Shown: piece after piece, positions 44,837-54,554 of the stretch
How the letters are laid out: the number at the start of each line of letters is the position of its first letter
Position numbering within the stretch: position 1 is the stretch's first letter
NCBI GenBank assembly: GCA_963716745.1
Contig: OY970320.1
Coordinates: 1,248,001-1,312,000, forward strand
Direction: 5' to 3'
Source of the DNA: an uncultured Gemmatimonadaceae bacterium
Lineage (GTDB): Bacteria; Gemmatimonadota; Gemmatimonadetes; Gemmatimonadales; Gemmatimonadaceae
Length of the DNA stretch: 64,000 nucleotides
Program-made: the position numbers and the translations under genes
The notes under the pieces: model-generated
Told to the model about the DNA's origin: nothing
The model's database searches: none
The model's input: only the letters and a program-made list of their open reading frames with translations

Positions 44837-46139
44837 GGCGCCACCGCCGCGTGCCCCGCGATCTCGCAGCGCGTGACGCGCTGCGGGCCGCCGCCGCTCG
44901 CGTCGACGAAGGCTTGGATCACGAAATTCACCACCGGAAGTCTCGCGATCATGCCGATCATCGCCCACACGAAGTTGATGTGCTCGAGCGCGCGTGCGAC
45001 AGCGGCGACGCCCTGCTCGTCGCGCGTGCCGTCGCCCGGGTCGTACGTGATGCGCGTGAGATCGCGCGACGGATGCGACTCGGCGGGAATGATCTCGAGC
45101 GACACGGGGTGACGCCAACTGAACCAGCGCGCGATCGCGCGGCACTTGGTGCAGTCAGCCGACACGTAGAGCACCGCGCGGCGACCCGGCGTCGCATAGG
45201 GGCGCCAGCGAGGAAACCACGCGCGCACGGCGCGGCGATACGCTGACGCCACGGTTCGCCGAAACGCGCGCCGAGATCGCGCTGTTCGTCCCAGGCGGCA
45301 AGTCCGGAGCTGTAGACCACGGACATCACGCCCGCCGCAGCGAGCCACCAGCTCGCGAGCAGCACGCCGAGTCCCAGCAGGATCACAGAATTCGCGAGCT
45401 GCATGGGATTCGAGACATACGCGTAGGCGCCGCTCGTGACGAGACGTTTCGTGGCGTCGAACGGGACGGGAGTGCCATCGCCACGGAGGACGAACTCCTG
45501 CACGGCGCTGGCACCGAGCGCGGCCGGGATCGCGAGCAGCTGCAGTGAGATGGAGATCATCCACGACGGGCGCGAGGAGAGCGCGTTCCAATCGCCGCCG
45601 GTGTTCGCGAGGATCACCGTGGGGAGCACGCCGAGCATGATCGCGCTGAATGACGCGCAGAGCAGGACCGCGCGCGCGGGGAGATGCGAGTCGTCGCGAG
45701 TCCAGCGGAAGAATAGTTGCGCAGGAATGAGACAAAGCGCGACGGCCATGAGTTCGCCGGCGAGCCATGTGGGGCCGAGTCGCAGCGCGGGCGCGAGCCG
45801 CGGCATTGCGATGAGATCGAGCACGAGCATCGCGGTCGCGATCGCGGCGAGTCGAGCGCGTGGGAAAGCGAGCGCGGGGATCGCGCTCCAGAGGAGCGCC
45901 CAGCCGACGAGCAGTTCGATCGGGAATCCGAAGAGGCTCGGGCCGGTGGCGTCAAAGCTCCACCAATGGAACCGAATCGCCGCGGCGTGCACCGGCAACA
46001 GCGAGACCATGCACCACGCGAATGCGAAGAGAATGCCGGCGCGTGCACGCCGCGTCGGCGGACGCCAAAGCCAGAGCGCCATCGTGGTGGCGACCGGCAC
46101 GTAAAGCGAGCCGGCGAGCAGAACGTCGATGCGTTCCAT
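44833..46139 (-). CDS. Multi-TM ICMT/PEMT-like methyltransferase fused to DCC-like CxxC domain (frameshift ~45246)
   Basis: GDGTPVPFD..LVTSGAYAYVSNPMQ..E..L..RFG; then VLYVSADCTKC..GVAAVARAL. Confidence 0.7.
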
Positions 46140-46147
46140 GCCGGCGC

Positions 46148-47074
46148 TCAGCTCCCGGTGGCGGCGGTGGTGATCAAGTAGCCGGCCGTAAGCCAGGCGC
46201 CGTAGTGCTCCCACGGCGCGAAGTACCACGCGGGATCCAGCGTGCGGCGGTAGCGCAGCGTCCAAGTCACACGCGCGTGCGTGGCGTCGATCGCGCTCCA
46301 GGTGACGTCGGCGCCCTCCCAGGTGAGCCAGTGGCGGATGTACGAGTCGTCGCTCACCGCGTCGAAGGAGACCGCTCCGGGCGACGAGTGCGCGACGCGC
46401 ATCGTGAGCGTGCCAGGGTGATGACCGGCGTGCGAGAAGAGGATCGTGCGCTCGTCGCCCACGGCGAGGCCCCCGCCGGTCATCTGCACGGGGCGCGGGA
46501 AGCGCATGCGGAAGAACAGTGGCAGCGGCGCGTCGAAGCGCGGCGTGCGCGCGAGGGATGCGGCCACGGAGTCGGCGCTCATCGGTACGACGCGCGTGAC
46601 AGTGACGCTCGCATCGCGCGCGAAGTTGAACCCGGGCACCACGCCTTCCATGCTCGCGATCAACAACACCGGCAGCGCGATGGCGGGCAGGATCTGCCGG
46701 CCGCGGCGCGTGTGCCGCCAATAATCGCTCTCGGCGATCCGGCCGATGATCACGCCCACCAGCATGAAGAGCGGCGACGCCATCACGATGCAGATGAAGC
46801 CTTCGCCGAGAAGGATGCCGGAGACGAGCAGCGCGATCGTGGTGGCCTTGAGGATGAGACCGGTGGTGGTCTTCGCGGGACCGACGAAGGCGACCATTAC
46901 GATCGCGAGGAGCGTTGGAATGCCGATGAACAACAGCGATGTGTGCTCGAGGTGCTGCGCCTTGAGCAGCCGGAATCCGACGCTCACCGCCGCGACCGCG
47001 AGGATAACGCCAACGGCGGCGCGATTCGGGCTGGGTTCAGCGTCCCTGGGCGGGTCGAACGTGCTGTCCATCAT
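46148..47074 (-). CDS. Membrane protein with C-terminal SRPBCC/START-like domain
   Basis: N-terminal TMs, EGFICIVMASPL and YRRTLDPAWYF. Confidence 0.65.
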   Translation of the reverse strand: MMDSTFDPPRDAEPSPNRAAVGVILAVAAVSVGFRLLKAQHLEHTSLLFIGIPTLLAIVMVAFVGPAKTTTGLILKATTIALLVSGILLGEGFICIVMASPLFMLVGVIIGRIAESDYWRHTRRGRQILPAIALPVLLIASMEGVVPGFNFARDASVTVTRVVPMSADSVAASLARTPRFDAPLPLFFRMRFPRPVQMTGGGLAVGDERTILFSHAGHHPGTLTMRVAHSSPGAVSFDAVSDDSYIRHWLTWEGADVTWSAIDATHARVTWTLRYRRTLDPAWYFAPWEHYGAWLTAGYLITTAATGS

Positions 47075-47760
47075 GCGGCCTCCTGGGCGGCGCCGGTCGT
47101 GAGGCCCGCTTCCGCCAGCATCGCGATCACTCGGCGGCGAATCGGGCGGAAGATCGGAAGCTTCGCGATCGCGAGGAAACGCACGACGGCGTCGAGCGCC
47201 TTATCGGTGAGACGGCGCGTGCGCATCTGATGCGGTGTGCGGTCATAGAGGAAATAGAGGAGCAGGCCCATGTGCAGGGCCCAGAGCGCGAGCGGCGCGA
47301 TGGCGCGCACGTCGGGGGGCAGCGGCTCCTCGTCGAGGGCTCGCGCGAAAAGGGCGACGCTCTCCTCGCGAAGCTGCTGCGTGCTGCGGCCGAGGAAGGA
47401 GAGCGGGTGGTCGGGAGACCCGGTATAACGGAGCAGCGCTCCCATCAATCTCCGGTCGGGCTCGAGGAGATCGAGCTTGGAGTGGAAGACGATCCCGAGC
47501 CGGGCGCGGAGGGCGCGCGCCGTTGGCAGCTCGGCGGTGACGCGGGCGGAGTGGAGCGCCTGCGCCTGGTCGTAGTACGCGAGGACGATCGCGTCCTTGG
47601 ACGGGAAGTAGTGATAGGCGGCGCCGAGCGCGACGCCGGAGGCGGCGGCGATATCGCGCATCGTGGCGGCGTCGAAGCCGTCGCGGCGGAAGAGGGTGAG
47701 GGCGGCGTCGCGGATGCGGTCGCGGGTGGCCTCGCCCTTGGGAGAGAGTGTTTTGAACAT
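47071..47760 (-). CDS. TetR family regulator
   Basis: GFDAATMRDIAAASGVALGAAYHYFPSKD HTH. Confidence 0.93.
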   Translation of the reverse strand: MFKTLSPKGEATRDRIRDAALTLFRRDGFDAATMRDIAAASGVALGAAYHYFPSKDAIVLAYYDQAQALHSARVTAELPTARALRARLGIVFHSKLDLLEPDRRLMGALLRYTGSPDHPLSFLGRSTQQLREESVALFARALDEEPLPPDVRAIAPLALWALHMGLLLYFLYDRTPHQMRTRRLTDKALDAVVRFLAIAKLPIFRPIRRRVIAMLAEAGLTTGAAQEAA

Positions 47761-47820
47761 GTTCAATAATTTGGAGCCCCCAGGTCGCGCTGTCAAGGGG
47801 AATATTGAACATGTTCAAAA
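47751..47820 (-). promoter_or_regulatory. TetR promoter with two palindromic operators
   Basis: TTGAACATGTTCAA at 47753-47766 and 47805-47818; minus strand TTGACA-N17-CAAATT-N7-ATG. Confidence 0.85.
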
Positions 47821-47912
47821 TGTTACAGGGAGCCTTCCGGGCCGGAAACCTGCGGCGGCCCGGCGGCTTATCTTCTTAGACCCCAGCGACCTCCACTCTT
47901 CGGAGCCCTGTC

Positions 47913-48752
47913 ATGGTGCTGCGCCCCCTTCGCCCGCTCCCGCCCCGCCCCGCCCACGACGTGTTCGACAGCTGGCTGGACGGCCTCGAGCACCAGCTCG
48001 CCGACCCCGCCGCCGACCGCGTCGCGATCTGCCGGCGCACGCTGCTGGATCTCGTCTACCCCCAGTTCGCCGCGAACTACGACACGGCGATCCAGGACAA
48101 GATGCTCCCGCTCGCGACCCGCGCGGCGCTCATCTCGCTCGATCCGCGGCATATCACGCTCGAGCCGGAATACTACGCCGAGTGCGATGACGAGAAATTC
48201 CAGAGGGTGAAGCCGCTCTTGTGGCTCTGGTACAGCTTCGACCGCACGGCGATCGCGGGGCAGAACGTAGACATCGCGATCCGTTTCCGGCGCATCCTCG
48301 CGCCGCACATCTTCAAGCGCTGCGGCACGAATTTCAAAGCGTTCCAGAACGTGGAGTTCTCCTTCGGCTACAACATCGAGGCCGGCGACGATGTGGTGAT
48401 CCATCGTCATGTACTGCTCGACGACCGCGGCGGCTTGATACTCGGGAATCGCGTGAGCGTGTCGGACTACGCGAACATCTACAGCCACACGCACAGTATC
48501 GTGGACCAGAAGGACGTCACCGACGCCGTCACGACGCTCGAGGACGATGTGCGCATCACGTACCACGCCACCGTGCTCGCCGGCGTGACCGTGGGCACGA
48601 ACGGCATGGTCGGCGCGATGGCGCTCGCGACGAAGGATGTGCGGCCGTTCCACGTGAACGTGGGCATCCCCGCCAAGAGCGTCCGTATCAAGCCGAACGC
48701 TCCGCCGCATCCGGAAGTCCACAGCAGCGCGCAGAGCAAGAAGCCCAAGTAG
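47913..48752 (+). CDS. Hexapeptide-repeat (LbH) acyltransferase
   Basis: LEDDVRITYHATVLAGVTVG..VGIPAK repeats; GGAG RBS. Confidence 0.85.
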   Translation: MVLRPLRPLPPRPAHDVFDSWLDGLEHQLADPAADRVAICRRTLLDLVYPQFAANYDTAIQDKMLPLATRAALISLDPRHITLEPEYYAECDDEKFQRVKPLLWLWYSFDRTAIAGQNVDIAIRFRRILAPHIFKRCGTNFKAFQNVEFSFGYNIEAGDDVVIHRHVLLDDRGGLILGNRVSVSDYANIYSHTHSIVDQKDVTDAVTTLEDDVRITYHATVLAGVTVGTNGMVGAMALATKDVRPFHVNVGIPAKSVRIKPNAPPHPEVHSSAQSKKPK

Positions 48753-48789
48753 GAACTCAGCGCGCCCGCGGCGCTCCGCAGGGCCAGCG

Positions 48790-49013
48790 GGGATCACGGT
48801 TCATGTTTAACGGGATGCGGCGGAAGAAGCGCGGATGCGTTGGATTTGCGCCAAGTGGCGAAACGGCCACCCTGACGCTGATCAGTTTTGCAGTTGTTGT
48901 TTACAACAACACTGTGCGCATGTCGCGCCCCGACGATCCTCTCTCGCGCATTGGGCGATCCAGCGAATCCGTGCCCCCTCCGCCGCATCCCGTTGAACAT
49001 GAGCCGTGATCTC
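48790..49013. repeat. ~220-bp element with ~55-bp imperfect terminal IRs (MITE-like or structured RNA)
   Basis: GATCACGGTTCATGTTTAACGGGATGCGGCGGA / TCCGCCGCATCCCGTTGAACATGAGCCGTGATC; central GTTGTTGT-tt-ACAACAAC. Confidence 0.75.
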
Positions 49014-49071
49014 GCATGGCAGCGCAGATCGTGAGGCTCCCGGGAGCTCGGTGAGATGCTAGCTTAGTCCC

Positions 49072-49494
49072 GTGATCTCTCCACGACATTGCGCGTGCGC
49101 ACTGGTGATGGCCGCGGTCGCATGCGGCGCGCCAATGAATCTCGAGCTGAATGGCCTCAGCCCTCAGCCGCTCGGCGCGACACTCAAGTGCGTCGCTGCC
49201 ACTGCGGACTCGCTTGGATTCAAGCCGGTGACCGTGAACAATGGGAAAGGCATTGAGGCGACGCACAAGGATTCCGTGCTCGCACCGTACGAGGACGGGC
49301 GGCTCGACAAGATCACAGCGAACGGCGCGAACGCTGAGAGCAATGAAGGGGCGTCAACGCTGCACGTGACCGCGAGCAGCTTCTCGCTGCACTGGACACG
49401 CGTTGGCGTGGAGACACAGGAGATCCCCGCATCGTCAGCGGTCAGGGCTGCCAGCAATGTTATCATGTCGAGATGTGGTAACGCCAACAACTGA
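49072..49494 (+). CDS. Hypothetical lipoprotein
   Basis: Lipobox-like AVAC; TAGCTT-N6-GTG start. Confidence 0.55.
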   Translation: MISPRHCACALVMAAVACGAPMNLELNGLSPQPLGATLKCVAATADSLGFKPVTVNNGKGIEATHKDSVLAPYEDGRLDKITANGANAESNEGASTLHVTASSFSLHWTRVGVETQEIPASSAVRAASNVIMSRCGNANN

Positions 49495-49521
49495 CGGCGC
49501 GTCTGGCGTATGGTACGACCA

Positions 49522-50436
49522 CTACACGGTGCCGCTTCCGCTCACTTCGCCGGCGCGGCCGGGGAGGGTGATGCGCGTGAGCTGACGGACCGGAACCTTC
49601 GCGCGATCCGCGAGCGCCTCGCGCGCGATCTGTTCCATGGTCACGAAGCCCACGCCATCGGCGCGCCACGCTTCGAGCTGGCGCTCGAATAGAGGGAGCA
49701 GCGCGGTCGCTTCCACCTCGGTGTGGATCGAGTGCACCTCGGTCCCCTGCACCGCCTTCGTGTAGTACGCGATGAACGCGTCGTCGCTCGCGAACTCCGG
49801 CGAGTTGTACGTCTCGTCCCACGTCGGCAGCGTGGTCGGGATCTCGAGTGCCTTGAACTGGCGGCCGTGGAATTCCGGGAAGAAGGGCGCGCCGAGCCGC
49901 GTGTTGGACGCGTACTCGATCCCGAATCGGTCCTGCACGGTGAGCGTCGTCGGCGACGCCTGCCAGCCCGGCGCCGCCGATGCGCGCGCGCGACGCCCGA
50001 AGATCCTCTCGAACTCGCGATGCGCCGCGCCGTATTCCGCCGCAATGTCCTCCTCCGGCATGCGCACGGCGCGGTCGTGCCACTTGATATGGTCCCAGCC
50101 GTGCACGCCTACTTCGTGCCCCGCGTCGCCGACGGAACGGATCACGCCGGCTAGCTTCTCTCCGATCATCGGCGCGGGCAGAAGGGTGCCATACATCATC
50201 GTGCGCTTGGGGTACATCGCCACGGCCTTGGACCGCAGCATCTTCTTCAGGAATCCCTTGCGCGTGAACACGCGCGCGATCGCGCGGCCCGAGCGGTCAG
50301 GCCCAAGCGTGAAATAGAAACTCGCGCGGATCGTAAACCGATCGAACAGCCGCAGGAGATTCGGCAGTCCGTCGCGCGTGCCCAGATACGTATCGCAATC
50401 GACTTTGAGCGCGACGCGGCGCGCTCCGCCCGTCAC
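49522..50436 (-). CDS. arnD: ArnD-like deformylase (polysaccharide deacetylase fold)
   Basis: [30 protein letters not shown] and HTEVE. Confidence 0.85.
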   Translation of the reverse strand: MTGGARRVALKVDCDTYLGTRDGLPNLLRLFDRFTIRASFYFTLGPDRSGRAIARVFTRKGFLKKMLRSKAVAMYPKRTMMYGTLLPAPMIGEKLAGVIRSVGDAGHEVGVHGWDHIKWHDRAVRMPEEDIAAEYGAAHREFERIFGRRARASAAPGWQASPTTLTVQDRFGIEYASNTRLGAPFFPEFHGRQFKALEIPTTLPTWDETYNSPEFASDDAFIAYYTKAVQGTEVHSIHTEVEATALLPLFERQLEAWRADGVGFVTMEQIAREALADRAKVPVRQLTRITLPGRAGEVSGSGTV

Positions 50437-51467
50437 GGCGCCGGGGGACGCTCGCGTCCCTTCAGGTAGAAGTCGAGGGTGCGCTTGATCGCCTCATCGA
50501 AGTCCACCTTCGGCGTCCATCCCAGCTTCTCCTTCGCCCGCTTGATCGACGGCACTCGCGTCATGATGTCCTGGTAGCCCTTGCCGTAGTACTTCTGATT
50601 GGTGACGGCGATGATCTTGGTCTTCTTCGCCGCGTCCGCGAACGCCGGATATTTCCCCACGGCCTTCACCAAACGCTCGGCGAGTTCCTTGATCGAGAGA
50701 TCGTTCGCCGGATTCCCGATGTTGAAGATCCCGCCGTCGGCGCAGCCATCCTTGTTCTCGAGGATCTTCATCAGCGCGTCAATGCCGTCGTCGATGTACG
50801 TGAACGAGCGCCGCTGCGTGCCGCCGTCCACGAGCTTGATCGGCTCGCCGTACAAGATGTTGTGCAGGAACTGCGTCAGCACGCGCGAGCTGCCTTCCTT
50901 GGGCGAATCCACATTGTCCAAGTGCGGCCCGATCCAGTTGAACGGCCGAAACAGCGTGAACTTGAGCCCCTGCTGCATGCCGAGCGCGTAGATCACACGA
51001 TCCAGCAGCTGCTTGCTCGTGGAGTAGATCCAGCGCGGCTTATTGATCGGCCCGTACACGAGCGTGCTCGTCTCCTCGTCGAACTCGGGGTCGGGGCACA
51101 TGCCGTACACTTCGCTCGTGCTCGGGAACACCACGCGCTTCCCGTAGCGCGCGCACTGCTTCACGATGCGCAGGTTCTCCTCGAAGTCGAGCTCGAACAC
51201 CGCGAGCGGATTCGACACGTACGTCGCCGGCGTCGCGATCGCGACGAGCGGCAGCACCACATCGCACTTCTTAATGTGGTACTCGATCCACTCCTTGTTG
51301 ATCGCGATGTCGCCTTCCAGGAAATGGAAGCGCTTGTCGCCCAGGAATGGCTCGATCTTCTCGGAACTCATGTCGAGCCCGAACACTTCCCAGTCGGTGG
51401 TCTTCAGGATGCGCGCGGTGAGCGCGTTGCCGATGAAACCGTTGACGCCGAGGATGAGGACGCGCAT
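50433..51467 (-). CDS. arnA: UDP-GlcA oxidative decarboxylase (ArnA C-terminal domain, stand-alone)
   Basis: [30 protein letters not shown] and RPFNWIGP. Confidence 0.92.
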   Translation of the reverse strand: MRVLILGVNGFIGNALTARILKTTDWEVFGLDMSSEKIEPFLGDKRFHFLEGDIAINKEWIEYHIKKCDVVLPLVAIATPATYVSNPLAVFELDFEENLRIVKQCARYGKRVVFPSTSEVYGMCPDPEFDEETSTLVYGPINKPRWIYSTSKQLLDRVIYALGMQQGLKFTLFRPFNWIGPHLDNVDSPKEGSSRVLTQFLHNILYGEPIKLVDGGTQRRSFTYIDDGIDALMKILENKDGCADGGIFNIGNPANDLSIKELAERLVKAVGKYPAFADAAKKTKIIAVTNQKYYGKGYQDIMTRVPSIKRAKEKLGWTPKVDFDEAIKRTLDFYLKGRERPPAP

Positions 51468-51478
51468 GCGAAGCCTGC

Positions 51479-52417
51479 CTAGTGGTTGGTCGTAAGCGTT
51501 CTGAGGCGCTGCGCGAGTGCGGCGCCCTGGAGTTCCGGTTCCTCGTTCACCTGCGCGGTCACGATCTCGAGCCAGCGGCCGTCGGCGCCCGCGGCAAAGC
51601 TATGATCGCCGTCGAAGCGGAACGTGCCGGGCTTCGGGCGCGGGGCGGAAGGCGTGCCGTCGACGCGCTTCGTGCGCCAGATCATGAGCTTCGAATTGCA
51701 CACGTTCGCGTACGCGCCGGGATACGGATGCGACACCGCGCGCACGAGATTGTGGATGTCACCGGCGGGCCGCGTCCAGACGATCTCGCCATCTTCGGGC
51801 CGGCGGCGTCCGAACTTCGTCGCCGCGGCGTTGTCCTGCGGCTTGCGCGGCGCGGTGCCGGTGAGCAGCGCGTCGAGTTGCCGCGCCAATACCTGCACCG
51901 CCGCGCCCTTCACGCGCGACTGCACCTCGGCCGCGCTGTCGTCGGGGCCGATGGCAACGGGCTCTTGGTCGACGATGTCGCCGGCGTCCGCGAGCGCGGT
52001 CATCACGTGGAGCGTCGCGCCGGTCTCCTTCTCGCCGAGCGCGACCGCCCAGTTCACCGGCGCGCGGCCGCGATACTTGGGGAGGAGCGAGCCGTGCATG
52101 TTGAAGGCGCCAAGCGTCGCCCGCGAGAATGCGGCGGCTGGGATCAACTGACGGTAGTAGAACGAGAGCAGGAGGTCGGGCTCGAGCGCCGTGAATTCCT
52201 CCACGACGTGCTCGTTACGAAGGTCGGCATCGAGATGCACCGGGATCTTCGCTTCGCGCGCGCGTTCCGCGACCGAGGGGAACCAGAGTTTCTCTCCCGG
52301 TGCATCGGCGTGCGAATATGCCGCGACGACGTTCACGCCACGCTCCAGGAGCAGCGAGAGGCTGGCGTGTCCGACATCCGAGTAGCCGAACACGACGACG
52401 CGCGGCAGGTCCGTCAT
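51479..52417 (-). CDS. UDP-Ara4N formyltransferase (ArnA N-terminal domain, stand-alone)
   Basis: [23 protein letters not shown] and GRRRPEDG. Confidence 0.9.
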   Translation of the reverse strand: MTDLPRVVVFGYSDVGHASLSLLLERGVNVVAAYSHADAPGEKLWFPSVAERAREAKIPVHLDADLRNEHVVEEFTALEPDLLLSFYYRQLIPAAAFSRATLGAFNMHGSLLPKYRGRAPVNWAVALGEKETGATLHVMTALADAGDIVDQEPVAIGPDDSAAEVQSRVKGAAVQVLARQLDALLTGTAPRKPQDNAAATKFGRRRPEDGEIVWTRPAGDIHNLVRAVSHPYPGAYANVCNSKLMIWRTKRVDGTPSAPRPKPGTFRFDGDHSFAAGADGRWLEIVTAQVNEEPELQGAALAQRLRTLTTNH

Positions 52418-53373
52418 CGATCGGATCGTCCGCCGTACACGTGGCGGATGAGATAGCGCGGCCGCCCGCGCACTTCCTGGTAGATGCGCCCGACATACTC
52501 GCCGACGATGCCGACGCCCGCCATGAGCACGCCCATCACGACGAACGCGAGCGCGAACAGCGTGAACACGCCCTCGGCTTCGGAGGCGCGCAGCAGGATG
52601 AACCGCCGCACGAGCAGGTACACGCCGAAGAGCACGCCACCGCTCGCGGTGATGAACCCGAAGAGCGTGAACAACTGCAGCGGCACGACCGAGAATCCCG
52701 TCATAAGATCGAAGTTCAGCCGGATGAGCCGATAGAACGAATACTTCGACTCCCCCGCTGAGCGCTCGGCGTGCGCGACGGGAACCTCGGTGGGATGACG
52801 CGCGATGCTCTGCGCGAGCGCGGGGATGAACGTAGAGTGTTCTTCGCTGCGATTGATGAGTTCGATCACTTCGCGCGAATACGCGCGCAGCATGCAGCCG
52901 TAGTCCGTCATCTTGATGCCCGTGATCGCGACGGTCACGCGATTCACGAGCCACGACGCGCCGCGGCGGAAGAGCGAATCTTGCCGCTGCTGCCGCACGC
53001 CGCCCACGACATCGAAGCCTTCGTCCATCTTGGCGAGGAGCTTGGCGATCTCCTCGGGCGGGTTCTGCAGGTCGGCGTCGAGCGTGACGATCGCGTCGCC
53101 CTTGGCCACCGAGAATCCGGCGAGGATGGCCGGATGCTGGCCGAAGTTGCGCGAGAGCTCCACGATCACGATGCGATCCGGATCTCTCGCGGACTCGGCG
53201 CGCAGCAGGTCGATCGACTTGTCGCGGCTGCCGTCGTCCACGAGGATTATCTCGTAGGGGCGGCGGAGCGCGTCGAGCGCGGTGTAGAGACGCGCGAAGA
53301 GCGTGGGGAGCGTCGCCTCCTCGTTGTACACGGGGATCACGACCGAGACCATCCCCTGCGCGGCGGCGCTCAT
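52414..53373 (-). CDS. arnC: Undecaprenyl-phosphate Ara4FN transferase (GT2)
   Basis: VIPVYNEE, DDGSRD, RNFGQH, DADLQNPPEEI and DYGCMLRAY. Confidence 0.9.
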   Translation of the reverse strand: MSAAAQGMVSVVIPVYNEEATLPTLFARLYTALDALRRPYEIILVDDGSRDKSIDLLRAESARDPDRIVIVELSRNFGQHPAILAGFSVAKGDAIVTLDADLQNPPEEIAKLLAKMDEGFDVVGGVRQQRQDSLFRRGASWLVNRVTVAITGIKMTDYGCMLRAYSREVIELINRSEEHSTFIPALAQSIARHPTEVPVAHAERSAGESKYSFYRLIRLNFDLMTGFSVVPLQLFTLFGFITASGGVLFGVYLLVRRFILLRASEAEGVFTLFALAFVVMGVLMAGVGIVGEYVGRIYQEVRGRPRYLIRHVYGGRSDR

Positions 53374-54554
53374 CGCGCGAACCTCGCGGCGACGTCCTGC
53401 ACCGCGGCGATCGCGTCGTCCTGATCATCGTCACTGAGCATCGGGAAGAGCGGCAGCGACATGATGCGCTCCGACACGAAGTGCGCTTCGGGGAAATCGG
53501 CGGGCTTCCAGCCGTAGTGATCGCGATAATACGAGAACTCGTGCACTGCGGTGTAATGGAGGCCGACGCCGATATTGCGCTCCTTCAGTTCCTGCATGAA
53601 GCGGTCGCGATCGATCGTGAGCGCGTCGAGATTCACGAGCGGAGTGTAGAGATGCCACGCATGGCGTGTGGGGTATGGCGTATGGGTAGGAAGGATGAGC
53701 GCGTCGAGGCCGGCGAACGCCTCGTGGTACCTCATCGCCAGTCGCGTTCGCGCTTCAATGAATCCATCGAGCCGCGGGAGTTGATGGATGCCGAGCGCGG
53801 CCTGGATGTCCATCATGTTGTACTTGTAGCCGGGCATCGCGATGTCGTAACGCGGCGAACCCGCCTTCGCGAACCGCTTCCACGCGTTGCGGTCCATCCC
53901 GTGGAATCGCAGCAGGCAGATTTTTTCGAATATCTCTTCGCTCGGCGTGACGATCATCCCGCCTTCGCCGGTGGTGATGTTCTTGTTCGGGTGGAAGGAG
54001 AAGATCGAAGTGGTGTCGAACGAGCCGATCTTCTTGCCCTTGTACTCCGTGCCGGCCGCATGCGCCGCGTCTTCGATCACCACCAGCTCATGCTTGCGCG
54101 CGAGCTCCATGATGGGATCGAGATCCGCGGCATCGCCTACGTAGTGCACTACGATGATGGCCTTGGTGCGCTTCGTGATCCTCCTCTCGATCTCGGCGAC
54201 GCGCACCTGCAGCGTGCCGCGATCGATGTCGGCGAGCACCGGCGTCGCACCGACCAACGCGATCATGTTCACGGTGGCCGCGAAGGTGAGCGGCGTGGTG
54301 ATCACCTCGTCGCCCGCGCCAATGCCGTGCGCGAGCAAGGCGAGATGCAATCCGGCGGTGGCCGACGACAACGCGGCCGCATGTTTGCCGCCCACGTATT
54401 CCGCGAACATTGCGGAGAACCTCTCCACCTTTGGGCCCGTGGTGATCCACCCCGACTGGAGCGATTCCACCAACTCGGCGATCTCCGCCTCGCCGATGGA
54501 TGGCCGCGAGAATGGCAGGAAGGTGTCGCGGATCAGCGTCTTGTCGGCGCTCAT
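53370..54554 (-). CDS. arnB: UDP-4-keto-pentose aminotransferase (DegT family)
   Basis: FLPFSRP, GWITTGP, EDAAHA and SFHPNKNITTGEGG. Confidence 0.9.
   Translation of the reverse strand: MSADKTLIRDTFLPFSRPSIGEAEIAELVESLQSGWITTGPKVERFSAMFAEYVGGKHAAALSSATAGLHLALLAHGIGAGDEVITTPLTFAATVNMIALVGATPVLADIDRGTLQVRVAEIERRITKRTKAIIVVHYVGDAADLDPIMELARKHELVVIEDAAHAAGTEYKGKKIGSFDTTSIFSFHPNKNITTGEGGMIVTPSEEIFEKICLLRFHGMDRNAWKRFAKAGSPRYDIAMPGYKYNMMDIQAALGIHQLPRLDGFIEARTRLAMRYHEAFAGLDALILPTHTPYPTRHAWHLYTPLVNLDALTIDRDRFMQELKERNIGVGLHYTAVHEFSYYRDHYGWKPADFPEAHFVSERIMSLPLFPMLSDDDQDDAIAAVQDVAARFAR

Noticed and set aside
48805..48998. Integron attC site
   Set aside because: R-box consensus fits, but the site is ~190 bp, the IR continues outside the R boxes, and there is no integrase or cassette array; kept only as an alternative in findings
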